This document shows positions 35,445-46,415 of a stretch of DNA of 64,000 bases, in pieces. The notes beneath the pieces were generated by a model. It was not told the origin of the DNA, did no database searches, and saw nothing but the letters and a program-made list of their open reading frames with translations. The stretch covers positions 6,200,001 through 6,264,000 of the forward strand of contig NC_043018.1 of NCBI RefSeq assembly GCF_006345805.1, read 5' to 3'. The position numbers and the translations under genes were made by a program. How positions within the stretch are numbered: the stretch's first letter is position 1; the number at the start of each line of letters is the position of its first letter. Origin of the DNA: Octopus sinensis. Lineage: Eukaryota.

Positions 35445-36265
35445 CTAACAATATAGGATGAAGTCCCTTTCTCTACAGAAAAGGATTCCATCAAAAAGCG
35501 TGGCAGTATATTAAAAAAACCTTTACGGTTGAAGTATAAACATCTTATAATTAAGGGCTAAAGAGGGTTATTCTAAAGCCAATACACTGATTTATCCACT
35601 TATAATCCACTTGTTACAGGAAAATTGAACTGAAAACGGGCAACTAACCTTTAGAAAATTTAAATTTCGTTATCTCTATATTGAATCAATTTCGGAATTA
35701 ATCCTATAAAGGATACATTCTTCGTCAGTAGAGCTTACGAGGGAATATAAATAAAATACTCACATGGGATTATGGAAAAAGCAGAAGCTAAAAACATAAC
35801 TACATTTAAGTACATCATTTATATCTAAAAATAAAAATTCCTTGGTTAGTCTCAGAACAACGAGTTGACCTTTCGCCGCTACATATTGTAATGGTTACCG
35901 GTCCCCTTGTAACAAGCAGTGAGTTTACTACTAACAATATAGGATGAAGTCCCTTTCTCTAGAGAAAAGGATTCCATCAAAAAGCGTGGCAGTATATTAA
36001 AAAAACCTTTACGGTTGAAGTATAAACATCTTATAATTAAGGGCTAAAGAAGGTTATTCTAAAGCCAATGCACTGATTTATCCACTTATAATCCACTTGT
36101 TACAGGAAAATTGAACTGAAAGCGGGCAACTAACATTTAGAAAATTTCCTTTATAGGATTAATTCCGAAATTGATTCAATATAGAGATATTGAAATTTAA
36201 ATTTTCTAAAGGTTAGTTGCCCGTTTTCAGTTCAATTTTCCTGTAACAAGTGGATTATAAGTGGA
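35443..36265 (-). mobile_element. Retrozyme-like insert: 1.45 copies of a 486-bp non-coding unit plus a 118-bp inverted segment
   Basis: 35443-35661 repeats at 35929-36147 (period 486); 36148-36265 is the reverse complement of 35595-35712. Confidence 0.8.
35674..35733 (-). ncRNA. Type I hammerhead ribozyme
   Basis: CTCTA-CTGACGA-[aGAAT..ATCCT-TTAT-AGGAT..ATTCc]-GAA-ATTGATTCAAT-A-TAGAG; AUA site; first stem II pair is A.C. Confidence 0.75.
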
Positions 36266-36387
36266 CACATATATATATATATATATATAAAATATTAGAA
36301 AAAAACCCACCTTTTATCAATTCAAAATTAATGTATATAATATAATATAATATATTATAATAATATAATGTATATAATAGGTAGAAA

Positions 36388-36432
36388 AACGACACGTGTT
36401 TCGCTGCTATATAGTATTGCTCTCAATCAGTT
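36388..36432 (-). ncRNA. Degenerate hammerhead in a short PLE-like end (36290-36560)
   Basis: CTGATTGA..GC-GAAA-CACGTG-TC; palindromic stem III intact, core has an extra T. Confidence 0.45.
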
Positions 36433-36719
36433 AAGAGAGTAAAGATATTATTATTTGATATCTGTAAGACACTGGTTATATTTATCATGAAGTTAATTAT
36501 CTCCCTTGTGTTTCTCTCTGTCTTTTTCCAAATGCTCATGCTCATTCGAATATTGATTGCATTGACTACAATTACTAAACTGTCATTTTGTTCTGAACAG
36601 CTTGATAAATGGCAAAATAAAACCCTGGGTAGGAGTGTTTCACAAGCCTTTTTGTGGTTTTTATAATAATGATGATGATGATGATGATGATAGTAATAAT
36701 AGTAGTAGTAATAATAATA

Positions 36720-36758
<39 letters not shown>

Positions 36759-36767
36759 TGATGATGA

Positions 36768-37085
36768 GGCATCTTAAAGTGAGAACTGTTCCTGTTATTG
36801 TGGGTGTCCTAGGTATGATAAGAAAGAGATGTCAGAAATATTTAGATGATATCCCAGGAGAACCATGTCTCAGAGAAATCCAAAAGATTGTGCTGACAAG
36901 TACTGCCCACATCCTTGGAAAAACCTTATCAATTTAAATGTCTATGTCTTGAAGATATTTCACTACTGCTCCTGCCACTTCCCCACCCCCAAGCTTTCAG
37001 TCATACTCTAACGTCTCTTACCCTTCACTTGCCTCAGGACACTGGGTATGTCTCGACAAGTGATTGTAACAAACATGCCGATTAA
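36768..37085 (+). mobile_element. R4/Dong-like LINE 3' end inside an AAT array
   Basis: HLKVRTVPVIVGVLGMI..EIQKIVLTSTAHILGKTLSI, homologous to 50900-51100. Confidence 0.8.
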
Positions 37086-37086
37086 A

Positions 37087-37120
<34 letters not shown>

Positions 37121-37385
37121 TAATAATAATATATAATAATAATAATTAATAATAATAATAATAATAGTAATAATAATATAGTAGTAGTAGTATAGTAATA
37201 GTAATAATATAATAATAATAATAATATAGTAATAATAATAATAGTAGTAGTAGTAGTAGTAGTAATAGTAATAATAATAATAATAATAATAGTAATAGTA
37301 ATAATAATATAATAATAATAGTAATAATAATAATAGTAGTAGTAGTAGTAATAATAATAATAATAATAACAATAATAATAATAAC

Positions 37386-37419
<34 letters not shown>

Positions 37420-37599
37420 GTAATAATAATAATAGTAGTAGTAGTAGTAGTAATAGTAATAATAATAATAATAATAGTAATAATAATAATAGTAGTAGTA
37501 GTAGTAATAATAATAATAATAATAACAATAATAATAATGATAATAATAATAAAAATAGTAATAATAATAATAATAATGATAATAATAATAAAAATAGTA

Positions 37600-37632
<33 letters not shown>

Positions 37633-37690
37633 TAGTAATAATAATAATAGTAAAATAATAATAGTAATAATAGTAGTAGTAGTAGTAGTA

Positions 37691-37721
<31 letters not shown>

Positions 37722-37803
37722 TAGTAATAATAATATAGTAGTAGTAGCAGTAATAATAATAATAATAATAATAACAATAATAATAATGATAATAATAATA
37801 AAA

Positions 37804-37870
<67 letters not shown>

Positions 37871-37956
37871 TAGTAATAATAATAATAGTAGTAGTAGTAG
37901 TAGTAATAATAATAATAATAATAATAACAATAATAATAATGATAATAATAATAAAA

Positions 37957-38035
<79 letters not shown>
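37085..38035. repeat. (AAT)n/(AGT)n microsatellite, ~950 bp
   Basis: Direct inspection. Confidence 0.95.
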
Positions 38036-38036
<1 letters not shown>

Positions 38037-38910
38037 TGCTGTGTGCAAGAAGACTGCGCTGGTTTGGTCATATGAAGCGGATGGGTACCAATAGATCCAT
38101 AAAGAAGCACCAATCTCTCAAAGTAGATGGAACATGTGGAAGTGGGAGACCCGGGAAGACATAGGATGAAGTACTGAAGAACAAACTCAAGATGACAAAG
38201 GTCCAAGATGCCTGGTGCCTTGATGTACTCAAGAAAACCCATATACTGCAACAGAAGTCTTAAGACCAGTACCCCTGGCAGGAAAAAGCACTTATGTGGT
38301 GTCATGTAAAAGTGCACATGTGGTACCCCGTAAATGCATCGAAGCAGTGCCACATAAAAGCACCCATGTGGTATCATATAAAAGTGCCCATGTGGTACCA
38401 CGTAAAAGCATCGAAGCAGTACCACAAAAAAGCACCCATGTAGTGTCATGTAAAAGTTCCCATGTGGTACCACATAAAAACATCGAAGCAGTGCTACATA
38501 AAAGCACCCATGAGGTGTCATGTAAAAGTGCCCATGTGGTACCACGTAAAAGCATCAAAGCAGTGTCACATAAAAGCACCCATGTAGTGTCATATAAAAG
38601 TGCCCATGTAGTACCATGTAAAAGCATCGAAGCAGTGCCACAAAAAAGCACCCATGTGGTGTCACGTAAAACTGCCCATGTGGCACCAATTAAAAGCACC
38701 TGTGCAGTGCGATGTAAATGCACTCATGCAATGCCACGTGAAAACATCCCAGCACACTCTGTAAAATTGTTGGCATTAGGAAGGGCATCCAGCTGTAGAA
38801 ACCATGCCAAATCAGACGGGAGTTTAGTACAGCTTTTCAGCTCACCAGCTCTGGTCAAAGCATCCAACTCATGCCAGCCTGGACAATGGACATTAAATGA
38901 TGACTATGAT
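38035..38910 (+). mobile_element. RTE LINE 3' fragment whose 3' UTR is expanded into a 24/72-bp minisatellite
   Basis: CCVQE.LRWFGHMKRM..GTCGSGRPGKT matches the C-terminus at 1860-2010; standard terminal core at 38770-38910. Confidence 0.8.
38294..38740 (+). repeat. Higher-order minisatellite (72-bp unit = three diverged 24-bp monomers)
   Basis: ATGTGGTGTCATGTAAAAGTGCCC / ATGTGGTACCACGTAAAAGCATCG / AAGCAGTGCCACATAAAAGCACCC, ~5.5 cycles. Confidence 0.9.
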
Positions 38911-38997
38911 AATGATGATCATGATGATTACATATATGTATAAATATATATATAATTATATATATTATATATATAATATATACATATATATATATAA

Positions 38998-41640
38998 ATT
39001 TCACCCCACCAAAAGGAAGAAATAACTACCTTGACCAATACATTGATATCCTGTCTAAATTTCCCCTTAGATGCAATACCAATGTTAGGCCAAACATTAA
39101 CAAATCAGAGATGTCTGCATGTAAACGTGTACAAAACGATCAAACAATAATAATTAAACAAGCAGATAAAGGTGGTGCAATTGTTATTATGGATACTGAA
39201 TACTATAAGGATTTGGTTGAGGACCAACTGAAGGACACAACCTTCTATTGTGAAATACCCTCAAATATAGACCACCACATCATGAAAAAGATCAACAACC
39301 TGATCTCAAAACACTACAACTCACTTACTGATAATGAAAGAGACTACATCACCAATTTTGAACCAAAACCCTGCAACTTCTACAGCTTACCGAAAATACA
39401 TAAATCAAAAGATATTCAACAGGCAGTAAAAGAACAAGAAAGAGAGTACATAAAATTACTACATCCAAAAGACCTAAAACTTAGACCTAATATAGCTGGT
39501 CCAGCATGCCCTACCCACCGTCTAAGCAATTTTGTTGACATTGTTTTGAAACCACTATGTACTTACATACCCAGTTTCATCAGGGATGACATCGACTTCC
39601 TGTCCCATCTTCCCAAAACAACAGAAACAAATTCAGTTTTACTAAGTTTTGATGTGGTAAGCCTCTACACCAATATTCCACACGATTTAGGAATAAAGGT
39701 AATTAAATACTGGTTAGAAAAACTTAGAGAGGTGATTCCCAGCAGATTCACAGTGCCATTTATATTAGACACAGTCAAACTTATTCTAGAAAACAACACA
39801 TTCTTCTTCAATGGAAAGAATTACATCCAAATTAGAGGCACGGCGATAGGAACGAGGTTTGCTCCCGTTTACACCAACTCTGTAATGGGATACTTAGAAC
39901 AACAACTCTACCAAGAGGTGGAGGTAAACTATGGCACTGGATTTAGAAAGTATATTGAAAAGGCATGGAAGAGATACCTTGACGACTGCTTCATAATCTG
40001 GACAGAATCTCTAAATACTCTGGAAGAGTTCAATATCCTCCTGACAACAACTACACCCTCTCTCCAATTTACAAAGGAGATGAGTAGTACAAATTACCAT
40101 TCCTAGATATAATGGTAATTAAAAAAGACACCACCATCACCACAGATATATACTATAAACACACATACACACATCAATACCTAAAGTTAAGTCGTCCATC
40201 CACCACATACAAAACGCAACATCCCATACTGCCTAGCCAGAAGAATTTGTACCATTATAGAAGATGCAAATATCAGAAACTAACGCCTAACAGAACTAAG
40301 AGAATTTTTGCTCAAACAAAAATACCCATCTCTACTTATAGAAAATGGCATACAGCAGGCTATAAAAATACCCATACAACAACTTAGGACAACCCAAGGA
40401 AGAGGAAAACAAGAACAAGTCATACCATTCATAGTGACACACAACCCATGTCACCAGAATATCTTCAACATTGCCAAAGCAAACCTACCAATCATTGCCC
40501 AAAGTAATGAATTAAAAGACATAATCACGGATCGAGCTATGGTTCTTAGTAAAAGACAGCCTAAAAACTTGAAAAAATTATTAACAAAGGCAAATTTTGA
40601 CCTTAGCAACAAAGACCAAACATTCACTGTATCTAAATGCAATGATAGCCGTTGTGGCACATGCTAATTCATACATACCGGCCAATATATAAACACAAAA
40701 ATCAGGAAAATATTCACAAACGCAAATATGAACTGCAAAAGCAGAAATTTAATTTACTGCATCGAATGCCCAAATTGTGAAGAAATATATGTAGGTCAGA
40801 CGGGAAATGCACTATCAGAATGCTCACATGTACACCGACAACAGATTAGAGACCCAGAGGTCCGTCAGATACCTTTGAGTAACCACCTAGCGACATGTGG
40901 TCAGAAAATATATATAATATTTCCATTCTACAAATTACACAGCCCAAGTGAAATTGAGAGGAAAATCAGAGAAAAGAATTTTATTGATAAATTCGAACCC
41001 AAGCTAAACAAGCAATAATAATAATACCTAGATAGCAGGAAAATTATCTTATTTAGGGTTAAAAGCTCTATTGTCACCACCATCACCACTAGCAACAATA
41101 ATTAAGGTGCTGACAATGATGATGGTGACAATTGAAATATAAAAATATAAAAATCTCTGACAAAGGCTATTTACAACATTTCTAAAAATAGCCCAACAAT
41201 TGCTGCCTGGGCCTGGGTTAAGATACAGGACTCTTGACATGTCCAACAAAGCATGACGCCTAAACCAATCAGTTCAACCAACCAATCAGCTTAAGTAATT
41301 GAGTGATACTACACACTGATTGGTCAGAATACAGTTTGCAAAGCCTAGCAATCTGGAGCCTACAGAGCTGTATTTAAGGCACAAACTCAATCATCTCGCT
41401 ACAGTCAAAAATTGTGAAGCATGACTGTCACCACTACTACATGAACCTGAAGATTGCAGAATTTAATGGATGAAAGTACTAGTTCAATCAGAATGAACAT
41501 TTAACATTCTATTATTTTATTTTATTTTATTATATTATATTATCTTATATCATTATAAGATTGTAAATAAAACGTGAAAATCAGACAAGGTTGGAATTCC
41601 TTTTATTAATATATTCTTCTATACACAATCACACACACCC
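38998..41640 (+). mobile_element. 5'-truncated Penelope-like element (Neptune-like), RT + GIY-YIG, decayed
   Basis: KQADKGGAIVIM, FDVVSLYTNIPH, GTAIGTRFAP, WKRYLDDCFIIW; linker CNDSRCGTC; NLIYCIECPNCEEIYVGQT..FEPKLN. Frameshifts near 40106 and 40310, stop at 40667. Confidence 0.92.
41443..41485 (+). ncRNA. Minimal type I hammerhead in the PLE 3' region
   Basis: GAAC-CTGAAGA-[18 nt, weak stem II]-GAAA-GTAC-TA-GTTC; palindrome AGTACT; same strand as the ORF. Confidence 0.7.
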
Positions 41641-41665
41641 GTATATATATCTATATATATATATA

Positions 41666-42090
41666 GAGGCACAGGAGTGGCTGTGGGGTAAGTAGCTTGC
41701 TTACCAACCACATGGTTCCAGGTTCAGTCCCACTGCGTGGCACCTTGGGCAAGTGTCTTCTACTATAGCCTTGGGCCGACCAAAGCCTTGTGAGTGGATT
41801 TGGTAGACAGAAACTGAAAGAAGCCCGTCGTATATATGTATATATATATATATATATATGTGCGTGTGTGTGTTTGTGTGTCTGTATTTGTTCCCCTAGC
41901 ATTGCTTGACAACCGATGCTGATGTGCTTATGTCCCCGTTACTTAGCAGTTTGGCAAAAGAGACCGATAGAATAAGTACTGGGTTTACAAAAGAATAAGT
42001 CCTGGGGTCGAGTTGCTTGATTAAAGGCAGTGCTCCAGCATGGCCGCAGTCAAATGACTGAAACAAGTGAAAGAGAGAAAGAGTAAAAGA
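41666..42090 (+). mobile_element. tRNA-derived SINE family A
   Basis: Full head, GGCACCTTGGGCAAGTGTCTT box, tail. Confidence 0.9.
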
Positions 42091-42091
42091 G

Positions 42092-42142
<51 letters not shown>

Positions 42143-42196
42143 ATATATATATAGTATGTATATATATATATATGTATGTATATATATATTATGTAT

Positions 42197-42295
<99 letters not shown>

Positions 42296-42437
42296 GGATA
42301 AGATCGTTGATTTACATTAAATAATGATCTTATAAAGTGGCCAGCATGGAAATAAAAACCTTCAAAGGTAATAATTATTATTAAAATTATAACTCAAAGT
42401 ATCTACGAGAAATCGCCATATATATAAATCTTTAATG

Positions 42438-42546
42438 AGAATATTATTGATAGTGACTTTGAAGTTTTGACCAGTTAAGCCATTGTCTGACAGTTTGTTG
42501 CTGGCTTAGCAGGCTGAGACTTTGAAGTCACTGTCAATGATATTCT
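42438..42546 (+). other. 45-bp hairpin with strongly G.U-biased mismatches
   Basis: 42438-42482 vs 42502-42546: 35 Watson-Crick, 8 G.U, 1 A.C, 1 A.A, no indels; 19-nt loop. Confidence 0.7.
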
Positions 42547-42784
42547 AATATTCTTGTTAAAGAATAATAAATTTGTATATTACAAAAAGTAATCCTTCAG
42601 TTTAATTTAAAATTGTTTTTATTACAACTTAACATAAAAACAAACCTAAATATATACCTATGTGTATGTGTATATATATATGTGTGTGTAAGTATATATA
42701 TGTGTATATATATGTGTGTATGTGTATATATATGTGTGTGTAAGTATATATATGTGTATATATATGTGTGTATGTGTATATATA

Positions 42785-43622
42785 TATTGGCTGTGTTTGT
42801 CCCCCTAGCATTGCTTGACAACCGATGCTGGTGTGTTTATGTCCCCGTTACCTAGCGGTTCGGCAAAAGAGACCGATAGAATAAGTACTGGGCCTTACAA
42901 AAGAATAAGTCCCGGGGTCGAGTTGCTCAATTAAAGGCGGTGCTCCAGCATGGCCGCAGTTAAATGACTGAAACAAGCAAAAGAGTAAAAGAGTATATAT
43001 ATATATATATATATATATGTGGGTGGGGGGTGATAATGCATATGGTCTGGTACTGACTTTATTGGAATTTTTGCTGAATGACTAAGTTACAGACATGAAC
43101 AATCCACTGTCAGTCATTAAATAGTGGTGGTGAGGACAAACACACACATGCAGACACACACACACACATATACAATATGCTTCCATACAGTTTCCATCTA
43201 CCAAATTCACTCACACAGTGTTAGTCAGCCCAGGGCCACAGCAGAAGACACTTGCCCCAAGGTGCCGTACAACGGAACTGAACCCAAAACTACATGATTG
43301 CGAATTCAGCTGCTTCACCACACAGCCATTCTTGCGTGTATGTACGGGAGATTGTTAATTAGCTGTTAAGAGTGTAGAATACATCACATTTTTTGGCACT
43401 GACCCTCCATCTGACTGGAAGCCAAATATGCCAGCTTCCAGGCAGCCAGCATGTCTGAAGGGTTTGTCAATCTGGCAAAAGCCAAGAACCTGTGTGAAAC
43501 CATCAGTAACTTTCTGACTGTTTATGTGCCACAACCAGAAATATATTGCTCAACAATATAAAAGTTTGTGTGTGTGTGTGTGTATATATGTGTATGTTGT
43601 GTATGTTGTGTGTGTGTGTGTG

Positions 43623-43658
<36 letters not shown>

Positions 43659-43819
43659 TGCAGGAGTGGCTGTGTGGTAAGTAGCTTGCTTACAAACCAC
43701 ATGATTCCGGGTTCAGCAACACTGCATGGCACCTTGGGCAAGTGGTCTTCAACTATAGCCTGGGCCGACCAAAGCCTTGTGAGTGGATTTGGTAGACGGA
43801 AACTGAAAGAAGCCTGTCG

Positions 43820-43884
<65 letters not shown>

Positions 43885-44135
43885 ATATATATATATATAT
43901 AATATACACATATATATATATATTGTGTGTGTGTTTGTCCCCCCCTACATTGCTTGACAACCGATGCTGGTGTGTTTATGTCCCCGTAACTTAGCGGTTC
44001 GGCAAGAGAGACCGATAGAATAGGTACTAGGCTTATAAAGAATAAGTCCCGGGGTCGATTTGCTCAACTAAAGGCGGTGCTCCAGCATGGCCACAGTCAA
44101 ATGACTGAAACGTCTAAAAGAATAAAAGAAAAAAA
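42785..44135. mobile_element. Three SINE family A copies (42785-42995 plus, 43050-43335 minus, 43655-44135 plus)
   Basis: Family motifs as above. Confidence 0.8.
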
Positions 44136-44139
44136 AGAA

Positions 44140-44556
44140 TATATTTCGTTTTGGGATTTGGTTTGCAAGATTCTTTATGTGAGTTCGTGTGTTGAAGCAT
44201 ATTCTGTTGTTTCTGGGGAGAATCATTTTCTTTTTGTGCCTTATAATTTATCACACACACCGGTAAAATTTCCACTTATTTCTTATTTTTATTTTCCCAA
44301 AATTTTCATTGCGTCTTACAACCTTTTCAATAGTCTTGACTCTGTCCGTTATTTACACTGCATTCCTTTCATTGATAAGCATATTTTTTCATGGCTGACA
44401 CAGTGTAAATAACGGACAGAGTCAAGACTATTGAAAAGGTTGCAAGATGCAACGAAAATTTTGGGAAAATAAAAATAAGAAATAAGTGGAAATTTTACCA
44501 GTGAGTGTGTTAAATTATAAGGCACAACATGAAAATTACTCTCCCCAGACACAACA

Positions 44557-44560
<4 letters not shown>
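44140..44560. mobile_element. Fold-back of the PLE-like family (arms ~44205-44360 / 44401-44560)
   Basis: ~155-bp inverted arms, 40-bp spacer containing ATTGATAAGCATAT. Confidence 0.8.
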
Positions 44561-44589
<29 letters not shown>

Positions 44590-44955
44590 CACCATTCAAG
44601 CATGATCATTGCTAGCGTCGCCTTACCAGCACATGTGCTGGTGGCGCGTGAAAAACAACATTCAAGCGTGGTCTCTGCCAGTGCCGCTGGACTGGTTCTC
44701 ATGCAGGTAGCACGTAAAAACACATTTTGAGCGTGGTCGTTGCCAGAATCGCCTGACTGGCCCTTGTGCCAGTGACATGTAAAAGCACCTACTACACTCT
44801 CAAAGTGCATTAGGAAGTGCATCCAGCTGTAGAAACTTTGCCTGATCAGATTGAGCCTGGTGCAGCCTCTGGCTCACCAGTCCTCAGTCAAACCATCCAA
44901 CCTATGCCAGCTTGGAAAGTGAACATTAAATGATGCTGACGACGAGGATGATGAT
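44590..44955 (+). mobile_element. RTE 3'-end-derived repeat
   Basis: GTAAAAGCACC motifs, CATCCAGCTGTAGAAAC core, GAT tail. Confidence 0.75.
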
Positions 44956-45174
44956 AAATATATATATAAATTAAATTAGAGATAAAACCACTATTAGGCA
45001 AATCAAGCAGTGAAAAACAAACCAAAACATAGAAATAAAAATAATTAATATAATTTACAAAATATCTAGAATACAAAATTTAAAATTTCAATTATTTAAA
45101 TTTAAAGTTAAAAATATAAAATTATTAATTTATTTTTATAAATTTATATATATATATAGATATATAATCTATAT

Positions 45175-45581
45175 ATAATCTCTTTATAGAGACTTAGTAA
45201 TTTTAATATTTCTATTATTGAAAACAAGTGGATGTATTCCACTGAAACTAGGTAAATATAAGCCTTCGAACAGAGACGTCAGTGGCGACACCTGCGGGTC
45301 TGACTGCGCTACATTGACAAAGGGCAATACCCCGAAACGCGTCTGTAGCTGTCGGACTGGCAGTGTGAAGCGGCTGACCTCCCTTGTTCGAAGGTTATAA
45401 TGGATACAGATCGTGTATCAATAGCTATCTTGATGGCGGTGGCCTCATGGAGCTGACCATGGCAGCGATTATTCTTATATCTATAAGAATGCCATATTAA
45501 TATGGCGATAACAATTAATTTCCAGTAAACGCTGCCATAATCTCTTTTATAGAGACTTAGTAATTTTAATATTTCTATTAT
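45175..45581 (+). mobile_element. Retrozyme-like insert: ~362-bp unit bounded by 44/45-bp direct repeats
   Basis: ATAATCTCTTTATAGAGACTTAGTAATTTTAATATTTCTATTAT at 45175-45218 and 45537-45581. Confidence 0.7.
45308..45348 (+). ncRNA. Minimal type I hammerhead with U3-A8 core variant
   Basis: GCTACA-TTGACAA-GGG-caatac-CCC-GAAA-CGCG-TC-TGTAGC; 6-bp stem I, palindrome ACGCGT, GUC site. Confidence 0.8.
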
Positions 45582-45708
45582 ATATATATATATATATTTA
45601 TTACTATATATAACTATCAAAAAGTATTAAAAATTTAATATAAGATAAAAAGTAAAACCACTATGATCGTTTCATGCCCATAACCTAATATGTATATATA
45701 TATATATA

Positions 45709-46289
45709 AGCAAAATTTAGGTTAGTTAAAATATGTTTGTGACATATTTCAACTGCTTAATGGCAAATTCACTGCAGGTACTATGGGAGAAAATATCTCT
45801 CTAATGTAAAAAGATGTGAAGACACCCAGTTTATTCAGTGTCGCGATCTATAAGAAATCCCAGACATCGATGTTTTGAAGTTTTTGATTCGTGTCAATGG
45901 GATGTATGTAAGAGAGGCATTTCTGGACAAACTTATAATATGTCACACGCATATCTTAACTAAACTAAGTGTTGCTTATTCCTAAACACTTCTTGGCGCT
46001 AACATTTCGTTATTTTCCTCAATCAGGTGTTGATTGAATTTTACATAAAGTTATTGCTTTATAAGTTTGTTCAGAATTGCTTCTCTCAGGTAAATCCCAT
46101 TGACAAGAGTCAAAAAACTCAAAATGTCAATGTCTGGGATTCTTGATAAATGGCAACACAGAACAAACTGGCTGTCTTCACACCTTTTTTACCATAAAAG
46201 AAATATTTTCTCCACGATAACTGCAGTGAATTTGCCTTCCAGTAGTTGAAATATGTCACAAATATATTTTAACTAACCTAAATTTTGCT
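45709..46289. mobile_element. MITE-like element with ~195-bp imperfect TIRs, TA flanks
   Basis: TA|AGCAAAATTTAGGTTAGTTAAAAT ... ATTTTAACTAACCTAAATTTTGCT|TA; arms ~45709-45903 / 46094-46289. Confidence 0.8.
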
Positions 46290-46415
46290 TATGCCTAAAC
46301 ACTGCTTAGCACTACTATTTCATTATATATATATGTGTGTGTGTGTGTGTGTATAAATATAAATATATGTGTGTGTGTGTGTGTATAAATATAAATATAC
46401 GTGTGTGTGTGTGTG

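Noticed and set aside
37082-38545. Long ORFs of poly-L/I/Y/N/D/H (also 8296-8894, 12008-13081, 50188-50775, 60477-61298, 62375-63988)
   Set aside because: Translations of stop-free microsatellite frames.
38296-38943. 215-aa repeat protein
   Set aside because: Open only because 24 and 72 are multiples of three; lies in a LINE 3' UTR.
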